The translations under genes and the position numbers were made by a program. A model generated the notes under the pieces. That model saw only the letters and a list, made by a program, of their open reading frames with translations, was not told the DNA's origin and ran no database searches. Positions 14,038-26,790 of a stretch of 64,000 bases of DNA are shown here, one piece after another (the stretch's first letter is position 1; every line of letters starts with the position of its first letter). The DNA comes from Takakia lepidozioides (taxonomy: Eukaryota; Plantae; Bryophyta), in NCBI GenBank assembly GCA_030704615.1, contig CM060731.1:90830001-90894000 (forward strand). Direction: 5' to 3'.

Positions 14038-15909
14038 ATGGCTGCAGCACTCTGCCGTGTGGCTAGCCTTATTCCAAGCTCGTCATACAGTGCGCCATGC
14101 TTCTTCCGAAAAACCTTGCGTAAGTAACTCTCATTTGTTCAAGCTATGCTGATAGCCTTGTCCATGAAGATTCTCGTATGCAGGCGTTCTAACTGTCATA
14201 GAATTTTGGTATGATTTAGGCCTTCGCCCTCCCTTCCAAATTCAAGCTCAAGTTTGGTACCCTAACAGAGGGTCGTCGTGGTGTTAAAAGATGTGCAGGG
14301 CCTGCGGGTGGGGGGTGGTGTAGGAATTGCATAAGGCCTCGTCACCATTTACTATTCTCGACTGCTCGCCTGTGGCCCCCGGTTGTGTGCCAGGCTTCAG
14401 AGAAAGGTAAGCTGTGAGCTGGGGATGTCTCGCAGGGACAGGTTGAGAAATGCTTATATAGAGTTTCAATTTGCCCTGTTACTTTCAGCTGGTGGATGGG
14501 GGTGGTCAGAATTTGCTTGTCCCTGTCACTAGTTTTGTATTGTCTGCTGTCACTGTTTATATGAATGTGCAATGCTGCACAAGCACTGCAGCGGGGGAAC
14601 AGTAGTATTTCGAAAATGTCCCCACGAAATGCTTTTAGTTGAAGATATAATCTTAGAGCAGTATCTACAAAGGTGCATTGTCTTTGTGTTCTCTACAGAC
14701 ACAGTCGCAGAGGCCAGAAAGTTCCAGCTCTATGCCACTGAGCTTTTAGCAGACCTACTCAAGTCAGATAACCCAGAGAGTACGGCGCAGCAACATGTGG
14801 ATCTACTTACTGAAGACTTCTTCTTAGTTGCATCCACATATCTGGAAATGGTACTCAACTATTGCCTTTTGTATGCTCTTTGCTTTGCCCCCCTAAAAAT
14901 GTTATTAGTACAGTTCCATGCAGAGGGAGACAGATGATGCACTTATTAGACTGTGTTTATTGTAGCCTGGTTGCCAATGAACCTGTTCATTGTTGGCGCT
15001 AGAAAAAATAGGAGGTGGTAAGTAAACTGTGGAAGGCCTGTTTCGGGATTGGACCTACCTTTATAAAGAACCATGATTGACCTTCCTGATTTCCTCTACA
15101 GTGTTGTCTACCCTAGCCAAACATTTTAAGGCGATTGCAGAGAGAGAGAGCATTTGTAACACCCAGAGGTTCCCAAGGGCCCATGCAATCAACAAGAACC
15201 CACTTTGGAAACCATCCAACATTGGGCAGTTTGTGTGTGTGTGTGTGAGAGAGAGAGAAAGAGAGTCCTGCTTATAAACGGATCTCATCAAGGGTAGTAT
15301 TATTGTAAATTAGAGCAAGGCGAATTTTTGTAACTGCTATTATTTCTATGAATGAAGTACTGCAATCTAATCTCAATGTTTGCTGATGCATGCGGATATC
15401 TTTCGGAGCTACTGATGTTACTCAATTGTGATGTTAGAAAGGCCAAAAAAGAAGGAAATGTGGAGATTGTGAACAAGATTGAGTCCACCTTGAAAGTTGC
15501 AATGGCTGAGAAAGGGAAAACGTTACGGCCTGAGATTCGCCTGCTGAATCAGGTCTCTATCTTCATGTCTTTCTAGCAGAGTTTTTTGTAAAGCCTAATT
15601 TGAGCTGATTGTTGACTCGTAAACTGGCGTTCAGTGTGCGTGGCCTGTTTTGTCTCTCTCTTTTGACATAAAGGTTGATGAATATGGCAGCTACTTAGTG
15701 ACAAGGGAGCAGTGGAGCGGGCAAAGACCATGGAGAGCAATTTGGAGTATCTAAATGCAGACAGCTACTTCTTCCAGCTGCTACATCGTATGTTGCTCGA
15801 TGTGGAGAAACAACGGAACAACCCAAAGCGCTTGGTGCTCATGGCACAGCTCCGCATAATCAGCAAAGAAACCAGGGAGGCTTCCAAGACCCTAAAAAAG
15901 GGAAAATAA
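14038..15909 (+). CDS. Spliced host gene for an uncharacterised helical, probably plastid-targeted protein
   Basis: ATG 14038 is followed by a transit-peptide-like exon. GT-AG-bounded exons at ~14699-14850, ~15442-15552 and 15691-15909 join into EDFFLVASTYLEM|AKKEGNVEIVNKIESTLKVAMAEKGKTLRPEIRLLNQ|LLSDKGAVERAKTMESNLEYL...KKGK*. The 5' exon structure is uncertain. Confidence 0.65.
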
Positions 15910-18813
15910 CTTTGGCTATAAAGTTTCTTGTGAAGCAGAAGTTGTTGGGGTGTGTTAGAGAGCAAATTCCCTGATTCATTGTTTTCGTAAGGCAGTGTCA
16001 TAGCCCTTGTGTCTGCCTTCCTACCAGTTTTCTGGGGAGGTAGGAAATAGACCCCTCTTGAAGCAGCTGTACATCCTTGGTGAGCAAAAGAAGCCAAGAT
16101 AAGGCTTACATTTGAATATTGGCTGACTCTCCCTTTGCTCCCTCTCTGCTCTCTCTTTTTCTGGGTCCATTTTGAGAAGCTCGAGACAAGTCTGAAAGCT
16201 GTTGATCCTCCTTGGGTTCATCATCTGGGTGCAATACGTGCATTATTTGATGGTAGAGTTCGTAGCTTTCTAGGTTTCTGCAAGGCCAGAATCAACTGTA
16301 TTCAGGTATGTCCTGCTCCTGCCACAAGCCCTCTGTGACTGTGGTAGCCCCCCTGTTTTGGTCTCATCTTCCCCCAATTTCTGGTGCATCCAAACCAAGG
16401 TTAGGATTTATGGCAAAACGGCTACAGCAAGCCAAGTCCGATTGAGTTCTACTGTGTCGCATAGATCCTCTGGGCTTCCTGTGGAGGTAATTAACTTCTC
16501 CTGTTCTCTCTCTGGCTCGCTTTCCAGCATCTATATAAGCTAAGAGCAAGTTTACTCCTTGAAATTGAGCATAGAACATCACTTACCTCCAAGACTAAAC
16601 TTTTCCTAATGGCCTTAACACCAGTCTCCTTATAGTAAGAAAACAATGCCCGCCCACTAACAAGTGATTCTGGATTTAGTGAAGATACGATGCAAGTGCT
16701 TGTTTTGAAATGTAGGCAGTAGCCCAGATCATTTTGATGTGATCAATAAAAGTACTATCCAATTTTCTATGGGTATTGTAAGGTTTGTTTCTCTTTCTTT
16801 CTTTTCAAATTGGAACAGTGTAGACTACTGAAAGCATAGAAAGGAGGGGGCTGTAATTGCCAGAATTGCAATCTGAATGATGTACTTAAGTATGGAACCC
16901 CTCTGCCCAAGTGCCTGGTTTTTGTGGCATGTTTGGAAGACTGAATTCACCCCCTGTAGGTGGGGGAGGGCATCACTGTGATTTTGTGCAAGATAGGAGA
17001 TAGAGATTGGTAACAATCGTGAAACCATGTTGCTGAGTGCGGTGGGTACGTATTTTGCAAGGAAGCACTGTGTGAGGTCAGCCGATTAGGCAAGATCTGG
17101 ATCTGTTGTTTCTATTTAGATGTTGAAGTAGTCTATGACATGGAGTTTAAGCTTCCAATTTTGACGGTAAATGTGGTGAATAGTATGAGATCCATGCCAT
17201 TGCGAAGACTGCAACTTGGTTAATGGTCAGAAGTCCTGACAATGAGTGGGTGTGCCCTCATTGCCTCAAATAAGTCCTGGGCAGATTGATGAGTGATATG
17301 AGCTAGTACTGCTCAAATTTGACACAGCAGGGGGGGTGGCGGGGGTCTTAAGCAATGAAGAGTGGGTGTGCCCTCATTGCCTCAAATAAGTCCTGGGCAG
17401 ATTGATGAATGCTATGAGTGATATGAGTCAGTGTCTGGAGGAAATGTTGATCTAAAAGTTGGTGGGCTCTGAGATATCTTCAAAGAACAAATGTTACTTT
17501 GCAACTACTAAGGCACTTTCAGCACTGGTCTGGGAATTTCAAAAGGACAATATAAGAAAATTTTAGCAACCTATGTACAAAATGAGGTGAATTATGGGTG
17601 GACTGAGTGAGCCATTGGAACTGAAGTGCATGTGGGCATGATTGTGAGGACAGCAATGGATTACTGAAACACTTGTTGGCAATAGTTTTGGACTGAGAGA
17701 CCCGCATTAAGAGCATCAATCACAGCTCTACTGCTGTGCATGAAGCTTACAACAACCCCGAAAGTTGTGGCTCATGAACATCTTGTCAATTTGATACTTC
17801 CAGTAGGGAACTTGTGAAGGATATCTGGATGGTCAAAATAAACTTCACAAATCCCACCCCGCGAGGAATATAATGGTGCTGGTTCTCACCACCAGCATGT
17901 AAAGTACTGGAAAAAGAACATTTGTCTTCCTGTCAGTATACATAGTGAGATCACTCACTGAGGTTTTTCCTATGTCAGGTCAAGAGTCTTCAATTCCCCA
18001 CAAAATGAATAGGTACCTCAGGAGTATGAACAACAGGGAGCCACTTTCCAAGTTCTAGAAAAGACAACAGATGCAAAACAAACCTGACCCTTGAGTCATT
18101 TGATGGACCCCTGAAAAATTTGAACATAAGGTCATTCAGCAAGGGGAAACATGTGGCCAGTTAAGTTCATATCGGCAAAAACCGGAACAGACACTATCAA
18201 TCTTAGTAGGTGCATATCATCTGCTGCTGGCCCAAAAGTCAATTCGTGCGCGCTCTGCATGATACAGTCACTCTGGTCTTGTCTTGTAGACTACTGCCAA
18301 ATGTCAAAACTAATGATATTTTACAGTATGCTGAAATCCATGGTTCAGGATTCATCAACAGCTAATGCCAGTGAAAGGCACTTGTCTAAAATTGAGGCCC
18401 ATTTGACCATGCATGGATAATATTAGAGTACCAATGGAGATTTGGAAGACAGATGAACCACTTGAAACCTTATAAGCTAGTGTTATGCTTTATAATCTGC
18501 ACAGGGCTCAAAATCAATGCACATCTTCTGTGAGCTAGAAGGAGCGGTCTAGTTCGAAGCACCAAAGGCCAGAACAATCGGAAAAAGTGCAAATAATCCT
18601 AAATTGTAATCGTCCCGCTGGCAGACAAAAAGAAAAGCTTCCAAAGAGCTTCCCCCAGTGCGTATCCGAAACTGTCAGTTTAAATTTCCAAATATCAAAA
18701 GGGCTGATGCAAGAACTCTCTGAGAGAAACCAAGAGACAAGTAGAATCTACATAATGAACTGCAATACTGAACCTAATGCAGACCCAAACCGGCAGTTAA
18801 GCCAGAGGTCCAT

Positions 18814-19833
18814 CTATTTCCATCTACTAGGCCAGAATGCATGAATCCAATAACCAGTTTTCCAATTGTCCAGAAATATGACCTTTCTAACTGCCCAGAA
18901 TGCTACGGCCATCACAAGTAGCATAACGGTTCGTTGAGCGATCTTCGATCTGATAGCGGCCGCAAAGTGTGTCACAAAAGCGAGCATCACTCCCACTATG
19001 GTGTACAGAAAGCCAACCACAAAGCCCTCCGTACCCAGCTGCATCCCTGAAGCCTGATAGAAGAAGATGAGCTTTCCCGGGTTATTCCGATCAGCCATAA
19101 AGAGTGGCATTCGTCGGATGATGTTGTGCATACCCCCAGAAACGCTGAAGAAATAGACAATCAAGGCCCCTATGCACCATACCTTCGGATCGTGCAGAGG
19201 CGTATCCTTCGCCATCAACTTCTTCAGGACAAAAGGGGCAGCTAATGCTAGCCCGCCGGCGAAAACCAGAAGCTGCTGCCTAGTAACAGGGGGCGGGCGC
19301 TCAATTGACCCACATTTCTGCTTGGTTTTGGACTCCACAAAGGCCACCATGCCTTCTGCAGTTCGCGCGAACTCTGCGTGATCCATCTCAGCAGCTTCCT
19401 TAGAGTCACCACTGCCCGGGGGTAAATGCTTGATGTGAGGGAGAGTGCTCACTACAAATAGACTGAAACTCTGCTGTGATTGTTTGAATTCTAGGTCACA
19501 GAAGAACACCTTGGAGCCAGATTCACGGCCTTTATTGTGCCTGATATATGCAGATGCTGCCAGCCCAAACTCGCGCCGAAGTTCCTGTAGTTTCAGTTCA
19601 GGATTGTCCCGAAGCTGCTGGGCATCAAAGAATATGATGAGGGAGTAAGGGCGCGGATCTTCCGTTGACGAAAAGCGGCGCATACTCGCATCATCCATGC
19701 GTATCACACCATCTGCTGAACTCGATTGCCAGTGCAGCAGCTCTGCGATGCGATCGGCATTGCTCTCAGAAAACGCTGCGATGCTCTGTAGGGCTAAGAT
19801 GCACAGCACCATAAAGTGAAGTGCACTAGCCAT
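18814..19833 (-). CDS. OST3: Oligosaccharyltransferase subunit OST3/OST6 (dolichyl-diphosphooligosaccharide-protein glycosyltransferase subunit 3)
   Basis: Intact 339-aa single-exon ORF with signal peptide, thioredoxin-like lumenal domain, FFSVSGGMHNIIR, FFYQASGMQLGTEGF, four TM segments and a DNWKTGYWIHAFWP C-terminus. Confidence 0.95.
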   Translation of the reverse strand: MASALHFMVLCILALQSIAAFSESNADRIAELLHWQSSSADGVIRMDDASMRRFSSTEDPRPYSLIIFFDAQQLRDNPELKLQELRREFGLAASAYIRHNKGRESGSKVFFCDLEFKQSQQSFSLFVVSTLPHIKHLPPGSGDSKEAAEMDHAEFARTAEGMVAFVESKTKQKCGSIERPPPVTRQQLLVFAGGLALAAPFVLKKLMAKDTPLHDPKVWCIGALIVYFFSVSGGMHNIIRRMPLFMADRNNPGKLIFFYQASGMQLGTEGFVVGFLYTIVGVMLAFVTHFAAAIRSKIAQRTVMLLVMAVAFWAVRKVIFLDNWKTGYWIHAFWPSRWK

Positions 19834-19937
19834 GAGTGTGAAGCTGCCGTTGCTACGCTGCTCTCTTATGGCATGACAACGCCCAAGTCACCAAGACCCT
19901 GCTTCCTTCTGCCTCTGCTGCTGCCGGGCTGTGTGTA

Positions 19938-20042
19938 TAGGGTAGGGCCCTGAGGGGAGGGTATTACGGAAATTGAGGTCGGCTCCGCCCGAGGCACTGT
20001 ACCGAAATTTCCGCAATACCCGACCTTAAGGGCCCTACCCTA
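19938..20042. repeat. 105-bp hairpin (37-bp arms, 32/37 complementary)
   Basis: TAGGGTAGGGCCCTGAGGGGAGGGTATTACGGAAATT ... AATTTCCGCAATACCCGACCTTAAGGGCCCTACCCTA. Confidence 0.9.
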
Positions 20043-20609
20043 CGTAAAGAATTTCTAATCATTTTCTTTTTCTTTCTAGCCTTCTTTTAGCCAGACCATA
20101 TGTATCCTGTGTGACGCTTTCATTTCTTCTGCTTGTCTTTGGCACTTTCCTGCTTCTATGGCTACACGCATGTAGCTAGCTATGGAGGGACGTTGTGGAG
20201 CCAATGGTGTTGATGCGGACAACATCAATGGAAACGATTCGAAGCAACAGTGCACCGGTGATGATGCTCCTAGTTTCGATTTAGGTATCGATTTGTGTAT
20301 TCCTGAATCAAATATGGCTGAATTACTCTCTCTCTCTAGCTGAATTACCTGCTAATTCTTCTTCTACAATTGTTGCGGTAGTTTGGTAACGCTTTAGCTG
20401 CATGCATTGGCAGTTCTTGCAATATTGAAGATGTACTGACTGCTATAGTGGAAGCATATGCACGAAGGTGGCTGTAGGGCCTCGCGACTCCTCTCATGTT
20501 GAGGCACACCCTTCAACATCATGGACATCGCAGAAAATACGAAGAACAACAACGTGCAAGAAAACGCCTACCGCAACATCGGACAACAAAGCATGAGAGT
20601 GGTGCCCTA

Positions 20610-20942
20610 GCAATTCGGGATTTGGTGGCAGATGGCAGAGAAGGGTTGCAACGATGCCCTAAAGTTGGAGGGCTCGGATGGGTTTACAGAATGGACGGTC
20701 CAGATCCAGTCCCGACAGCGGAGTGGATGGCAACGGACTCGCGCAGGGGGCTGAAGGGCAGCGGACTGGCCGCAGCGGAGCGCGGGCATGGCTGCCACGG
20801 CGGGGCCAGGCCGCGGCTGCAGTAGCCTGCGCGGCTGAGGCGGGCGTGGGCGACCGCGGACACCGGCGGGCGCGGGCGGGGTGGGGGGCGCCCCTCGTCC
20901 GTGCGCCATGAAGACGCTAATATCTTAAAATGAGGGGCCTTT
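20610..20942. repeat. GC-rich dispersed repeat, copy A
   Basis: Reverse-complement match to 23442-23792. Confidence 0.85.
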
Positions 20943-23441
20943 GTCAGGAGCATTTGGTGCAAATTCTTTACCTGCCATGTCGATCCCTAATGCATCAATG
21001 CCCGCCGTTGCTATTTCTTTTGTTCCGGTGTCTGTCATATTGGTTCCCCCTACCACCGTCATATCTACTGATGCGGTAGATCACATTCCAGGAATAGGCT
21101 CAAGGTCTGATTCATCTTCAGACGAAGAAACGAGAGTCACCAGTAGACGACACAAGACTATCACTAGTAAAGAGAAGAAGACTGTAGATGCGGGTGGGAG
21201 TCGCAATAGCGAGCAGTCAGACCAATGGGCCAGGAAGGCTTTTGATGACTGGCACCTTGAGAAAGGTTACGACATATCTAAATCTATTGAGGATATGTAT
21301 GAAGAAGAGGATATTCGAGGCTTTGTTGAAATGTTGTCGTACTTCATTCTTGAAGTAAACAAACAAGATGGTACAATGTATCCCCCGCAATCCCTTCAAA
21401 CATTGATGCGAGGCATTGGTCGAATAATCAGAGCGAGGTGCAATCAACGATCTATCAAAACTAGCAAGCCACAGGAGAAATTCTGTATCATGACAGATGT
21501 ACGGTATCAGAAGGCAATTGTAGCTGGAGATGTAGTTGTAAAACGCTCCTTTGCTACTGGACTTGGGAAGTAGGTGAAGAGATCCGATAGCCTCACTGTA
21601 GATGAGGAAATTCAGGTCCTAGCTCAAGATATTTGCCAGAAAGATTCTCCAAGTGGCTTGAATCATCGCTTTTCGTGGTATTGCACTAGGAATTTCTTAT
21701 TAGGGCTGCCTCTAAAATGAGGGCTACTATGGACGTCGATTTCTCTATTGAAGATATAATTATGGAAAGAGTTCTTCGATACAAGCCCGGATTCTCAAAA
21801 AATTGGAAAGCTGATCTTGCTCAGTGCGGCATTCAGAATATCCGGAAGCCGGTTGATTGCCCTATCCCTGACGTGCTCGACACTTTCCAAAGACTTCAAG
21901 AGCGCAGACCTCTGTGGATTACATAAGAGCCTGCACCACACCCGTTATTTCTGACACCATTGCCGAAATTCAAGATTAGGGATCATGTCTGGTTTTTGAA
22001 AGGTCCAGTAGGACGCAATACGTTGAGTGGGATGACTAAGCGTATGACCTCAGAATTCCAGGATTGGATACCAAAATCATTAGCAGCAAATCAGGAAGGA
22101 GTACCGGAATTAAATGGATGTTCGAAGGATATGTGCCATCACGCATTGGCATGGCCATTACAGGGCACAGGGGTCAAGAGAGTTACGAGAAGTACTCTCG
22201 AGTGAATAGTATGTTGACGGAACGTGCTGCTTAGAGAGTTATATCAGGTGAATTGCGTAATGGCAAACCTATCTCATTTTTAGATGCACACGGAGAGGAG
22301 GTTCGCAAATATGGTGCTATACAGGGTTCAGCAACTACTAGCGTTTGATCCACCTCGAGAAGTTCTTGGCCACATTTCAGGCAATACGATGCCTATTGAG
22401 GTTCATGGAACCAACAAGAGCATGGCGATTATGTGGGTTCCTAACAAGGGGAACGTTGATAAGTATCTCAATAATCCTGATTCACTTTTTGTACAAGTTG
22501 AGCAAGAGCTGGTTTCAAGTGATGCTTCTATGCTTCGTCATTTTCCATCGTCTTCTAACACGCATGTTGGGCACAATTTCTCAAATCTTCATAATTGTAC
22601 AATCACTTTGAATCTATCATTTGATGTAGAAGTTGCCAAGTTGCTTAGAGCTGCTTTCGCAGGCAAGGACCAGCTTGACAATGAGAATTAGACTGGCACA
22701 TACTACCAAATTACAGTACATATACTGGATTGCACGTTGCAATCAGATTGTGTCTATTCATTTCAGCACGTTGCCCTAGATTAGATTGCACATTGCAATC
22801 AGATTGTGGGTATTCATTTCAACACATTGCCCGAAATTGCAATATACATCCTATTGGCATATTGTTTAAACTTGCAGTATAGATTCTGTTGATTTGAGGG
22901 GTGCCACCTTATGTAGCATGTACTACTGCAGGCCTTGCAACTAATTGAAGACCAAAACAACCAGTCAAAGAGTGGAATGCACAAAGGAAAGAAACGAAGA
23001 TAATTTTCTGATGCAGCAAATGGCGTAAAAAAAAACTATGACTTAGTAAAAGATAGGATCCTAAAAGAAAAAGAAAAACAGAGAGGTGTGCATTACGACT
23101 GACATAATCGGCAGATTTGGAGCACCAGTGCATTATGGACACCATATTGCACTGGCGGTTCAGGCGGGGCATTACGAATATTAACGGACAGATATTAACA
23201 AACAAAAATTATTAGAAATTCGTTACGATTGTGCGATTGCCAATCGACCCTGCTCGATTCTTTCCCACTCTCGTCCCCGGTCTTGCCCATTGGCTCCTGA
23301 CATGTGCCAGTTGCTATGACCATGTACGGAATACCAAAAAGGCCATGCTGCTACAAGACCCCGAATCCTTGAAAGATTCTAATACCCGGGGTTTTATTCC
23401 AAAAGATTCTGTGGCATGGGCAAGAGGGCATGGGCTATTGA

Positions 23442-23792
23442 AAAGGCCCCTCATTTTAGGATATTAACGTCTTCATGGCGCACGCGCGAGGGCCGCGGCG
23501 AGCCCCAAGCACGGACGAGGGGCGCCCCCCACCCCGCCCGCGGTCGCCCACGCCCGCCTCAGCCACGCAGGCTGCTGCAGCCGCGGCCCCCTGGCCCCGC
23601 CGTGACAGCCACGCCCGCGCTTTGCTGCGACCAGTCCGCTGCCCTTCAGCCCCCTGCGCGAGTCCGTTGCCATCCCCTCCGCTGCCGGGACTGGATCTGG
23701 ACCGTCCATTCTGTAAACCCATCCGAGCCTTCCAACTTTAGGGCATCGTTGCAATCCTTATCTTTGCCATCTGCCACCAAATCCCGAATTGC
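23442..23792. repeat. GC-rich dispersed repeat, copy B (inverted relative to A)
   Basis: Reverse-complement match to 20610-20942 with small indels. Confidence 0.85.
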
Positions 23793-24385
23793 CCTCCTCA
23801 CCACCTTCCACAAACGCACCAACACTAATTACCTAACTCATATCCATCAACAAAACGCTTCCCCCACCCAACCTGAAGATAACCGATATATACATAGCCC
23901 GATAATTGCCCCCAACATACATGTATGCACGACCAAATGTAACCCTGATAAAGACATTGAACATGACCAACCAATGATCCATATCGGGCCCCGCCTCTCC
24001 AATATCTACTCCCAATACGACCGCTTCATTGGGCTTATCCCCAATGACAGGCTTTCATGGCTATGGGAAAAATACTCCACTACAAACACAAACCCGCTAA
24101 CCCTACAACCCCCAAAATAAGACTTCGCCACACAATTATATTGGCTGGTAGATCGCTACCTTAAAGATACTCCCCCAAGAAACCACGTACCCTTTACAAA
24201 TTGGCAACAGCATGTGCTCATAACACTCTTCCCCCGGATATGCATTACTCTTCAACTCATTCCAGCTCACTCACTCATACTCTTCCAGCCCGCTCACATG
24301 CCCTATGGAATTAAACACATTCGCCAGCCCGCACCACAGGGATTGCATCTTTGGCGCCACAGGTACTGCCACTGAGCACATTTGG
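23793..24385 (+). pseudogene. Probable non-LTR retrotransposon ORF fragment
   Basis: C/A-rich decayed ORF (KCNPDKDI...IY...IG.I..DRLSWLWEKY...F..LVDRY...W) resembling post-RT regions of green-lineage LINEs. Same composition as 44490-44825. Confidence 0.4.
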
Positions 24386-24431
24386 GATGGCAGAGGCCTG
24401 GCCCACCCTCCCCCCAGTGCCCCCGCTCATG

Positions 24432-24612
24432 CAGGGATGCCTCGGCGCGAGCCTGGTCGCATGAGCGCGTGAGCGCAACTGGGCTTACGCCACGTCACCT
24501 TGCGCCCACGCCACATCACCGGGCTCACTCCACGTCATCGCGCGCCCAAGAAGAAGCAGAGTGTATTTCCGCGGAAGAGCACCCTTAACCGCGGAAACAA
24601 GCTCGACGGCAC
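24432..24612 (+). mobile_element. Isolated left terminus of the Mutator-like element
   Basis: CAGGGATGCCTCGGCGCGAGCCTGGTC... aligns with 25773-~25965, including CCGCGGAAACAAGCT. Confidence 0.85.
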
Positions 24613-24661
24613 CGATCATCACTTACAGTGCTTCAAGATTTTGCAGATCGGCAACGAGGTC

Positions 24662-24698
<37 letters not shown>

Positions 24699-26790
24699 TT
24701 AATTTTTTTAAATTAAAATTAAAATTAAAATTATTATTATTATTATTATTAAAAAAAATTAGCAGTCAGTCTTATTCCTTACAGTGCTTCAAGATTTTTC
24801 AGATCGGCATCGAGGTTCAGTAGAAACGGATGTACTCAGCGCAAAGATGCAAGAAAGCGCATGGGTCGTTAGGCAAGGCCGATAATTGGTATATCTGGCG
24901 TGTAGGTCAATGCTGGAGCATGGAACAGCGCTGGCAGCAGTTCTTTAAAGATACTTTACAATGGTGGAATAATAGCCTTGACAAGGTGAGCTTTCTTCAT
25001 GTAGGATGAGAAAGGGAGATTGAGGAAACTCTGGTATGGTCGTATGGTGTGGACTGGATCGTACTGTTGTTGAGTGAAGTCAGTGAAGTCAGAATCTCGC
25101 TATGCTCTAGGAAAACTGCTTTTACTGTCCGTATTGAGGTTGTCCTTGCTGAGCAGGGCATGAAAGTAGGATGCGCAAGGTGTTTTCCCTTGAGTTTGCA
25201 AGGTACTTGGGAGGGTTGAGACTGCAGCTCCTCAGCTGCTCCCTAGTCGTTTTCATAGACCACTCCAAGATCTCCAGACTACAGACATAGGCTTATTGTG
25301 TAAGTTTGGACATGTTTCAATGTTCCTCATTGTGTAGAATCTAATGGAGCCCAAAGTGACTTGCAATGAATGTTGTTGAAAGAGCACTAGGACTCCTACA
25401 GAAGGGAATTTCTCAAAATATTGATGTTGTCGAATTTTGTGCACAAAGGTCTACTGTAGAGCATGGAGCAGAGCTGGCACGAGTTTTCTAAAGATCCTCA
25501 TCAATGGTGGGACAAAAGCAATTGCAAGGTGTGACTTTCTTAATGTACAATGCAGAGAAATTTGTCCATCCTGCAAATGTGGGTTCTTACTGTTAGTATC
25601 ATGATTTGGTATCTTTCCTGTTGTTGACAAGGTCCTTCGGAGGGTCAGGTTGGTCTTAGGAGCCTGAGTTTAAATCTATGGCTGCTCAGCTGGACCGTGG
25701 TGGTTTTCCTCACAGACCCATCTGAGCTCACCTGACTACAGACACAAGCAGCACACACAGGAGGTCGTTTTGCAGGGATGCCTCGGCGTGAGCCTGGTCA
25801 CGTGAGCGCGACTGCGCTCACGCCACGTCACCTTGCACAAATGCCACGTCACGGGTCTCAGTCCACGTCATCACACGTGGAGGCCGAGTCACCACGCACC
25901 CAGAAAGAAGTGGAGTGTATTCCCGCGGATTGGCACCCTTTACCGCGGAAACAAGCTGGACGACATAATAAAAGGCATTGAATAAATGATGGATGAATGT
26001 ACAGTTGGATGATAAACAGATGGATGAGTTTGAAAAATCTATGTAGATGGATGAATGACGGATGGATAAGAGTAAAATGGATGAATGTATAATGGATGTT
26101 GAGCAATGACAAAAATTCATGACAGGAAGATGCATGACCAAATCTTTTGACGAATGCACAAAGTATATGAAATGAGTGTGGAAGGTTTGTGGGGTGGATT
26201 AAAGAGTACAGAGGATGAATGTACAATGGATGTTGTACAAAGGAAGCTTTCATGAATGGAGCACGCATGAATACAGTGTAGATGAATGCACAATGGATAT
26301 GAGAAGAGTCAGGAAGGTTTGTGAGATGGATTCATACATATAGCAATGTAAACGAAAGTTGATTCTGTGATTATTATTTGTTCTAAAGGAACAACTACGG
26401 TAGAGTAAGGGGATTCAACGTTTCCAGATAATATGAAAATGAATATTAAAAGAATACAGTTCAGTCTGACTCAGAGTCAGTACAATGTATCCCCTCTTCC
26501 TCTGCATCTAAGTCTAAGTATTTTAGAACACCGGATCCACGCGGAATACACCTACGGCTGGCCACTAAAAATTCAGGGGATAGGGACTCGGACGCGTGAA
26601 GTGCCATTGCTTCGGCATAAACAGGGAGCAGAAAATTGGAAAGGGGGCTGTCGAAAACAGACTCGCCAGAAATGACTGTATCTCCTGAAGATCCACCGCT
26701 GGCTTTCCTGAAAGACAGCCTGAAAAAGTTATTACTGTAACTTTGATGTTATCGAGAAATTGAGTATGACTCCCAAAGAGGGTTTAGCAC

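Larger units (their letters stand above)
19938..23227 (+). mobile_element. Crypton-like tyrosine-recombinase element, decayed
   Basis: Fragmented ORF ~20182-22691 with a DUF3504/ZMYM-like segment (WARKAFDDW...LSYFILEVNKQDGTMYPPQSL) and YR catalytic motifs ISSKSGRSTG...AITGHRGQESYEKY (~22075-22195, frame not in the ORF track). Terminal 105-bp hairpin, and a 17-bp inverted repeat at 20043-20059 / 23211-23227. Confidence 0.7.

Noticed and set aside
17244-17420. ~50-bp direct repeat in the intergenic region
   Set aside because: Small local duplication with no further structure.
24620-24820. 38-bp direct repeat around a poly-T/AT-rich run as a retroposed insertion
   Set aside because: No identifiable body. 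Low-complexity sequence of uncertain assembly quality.
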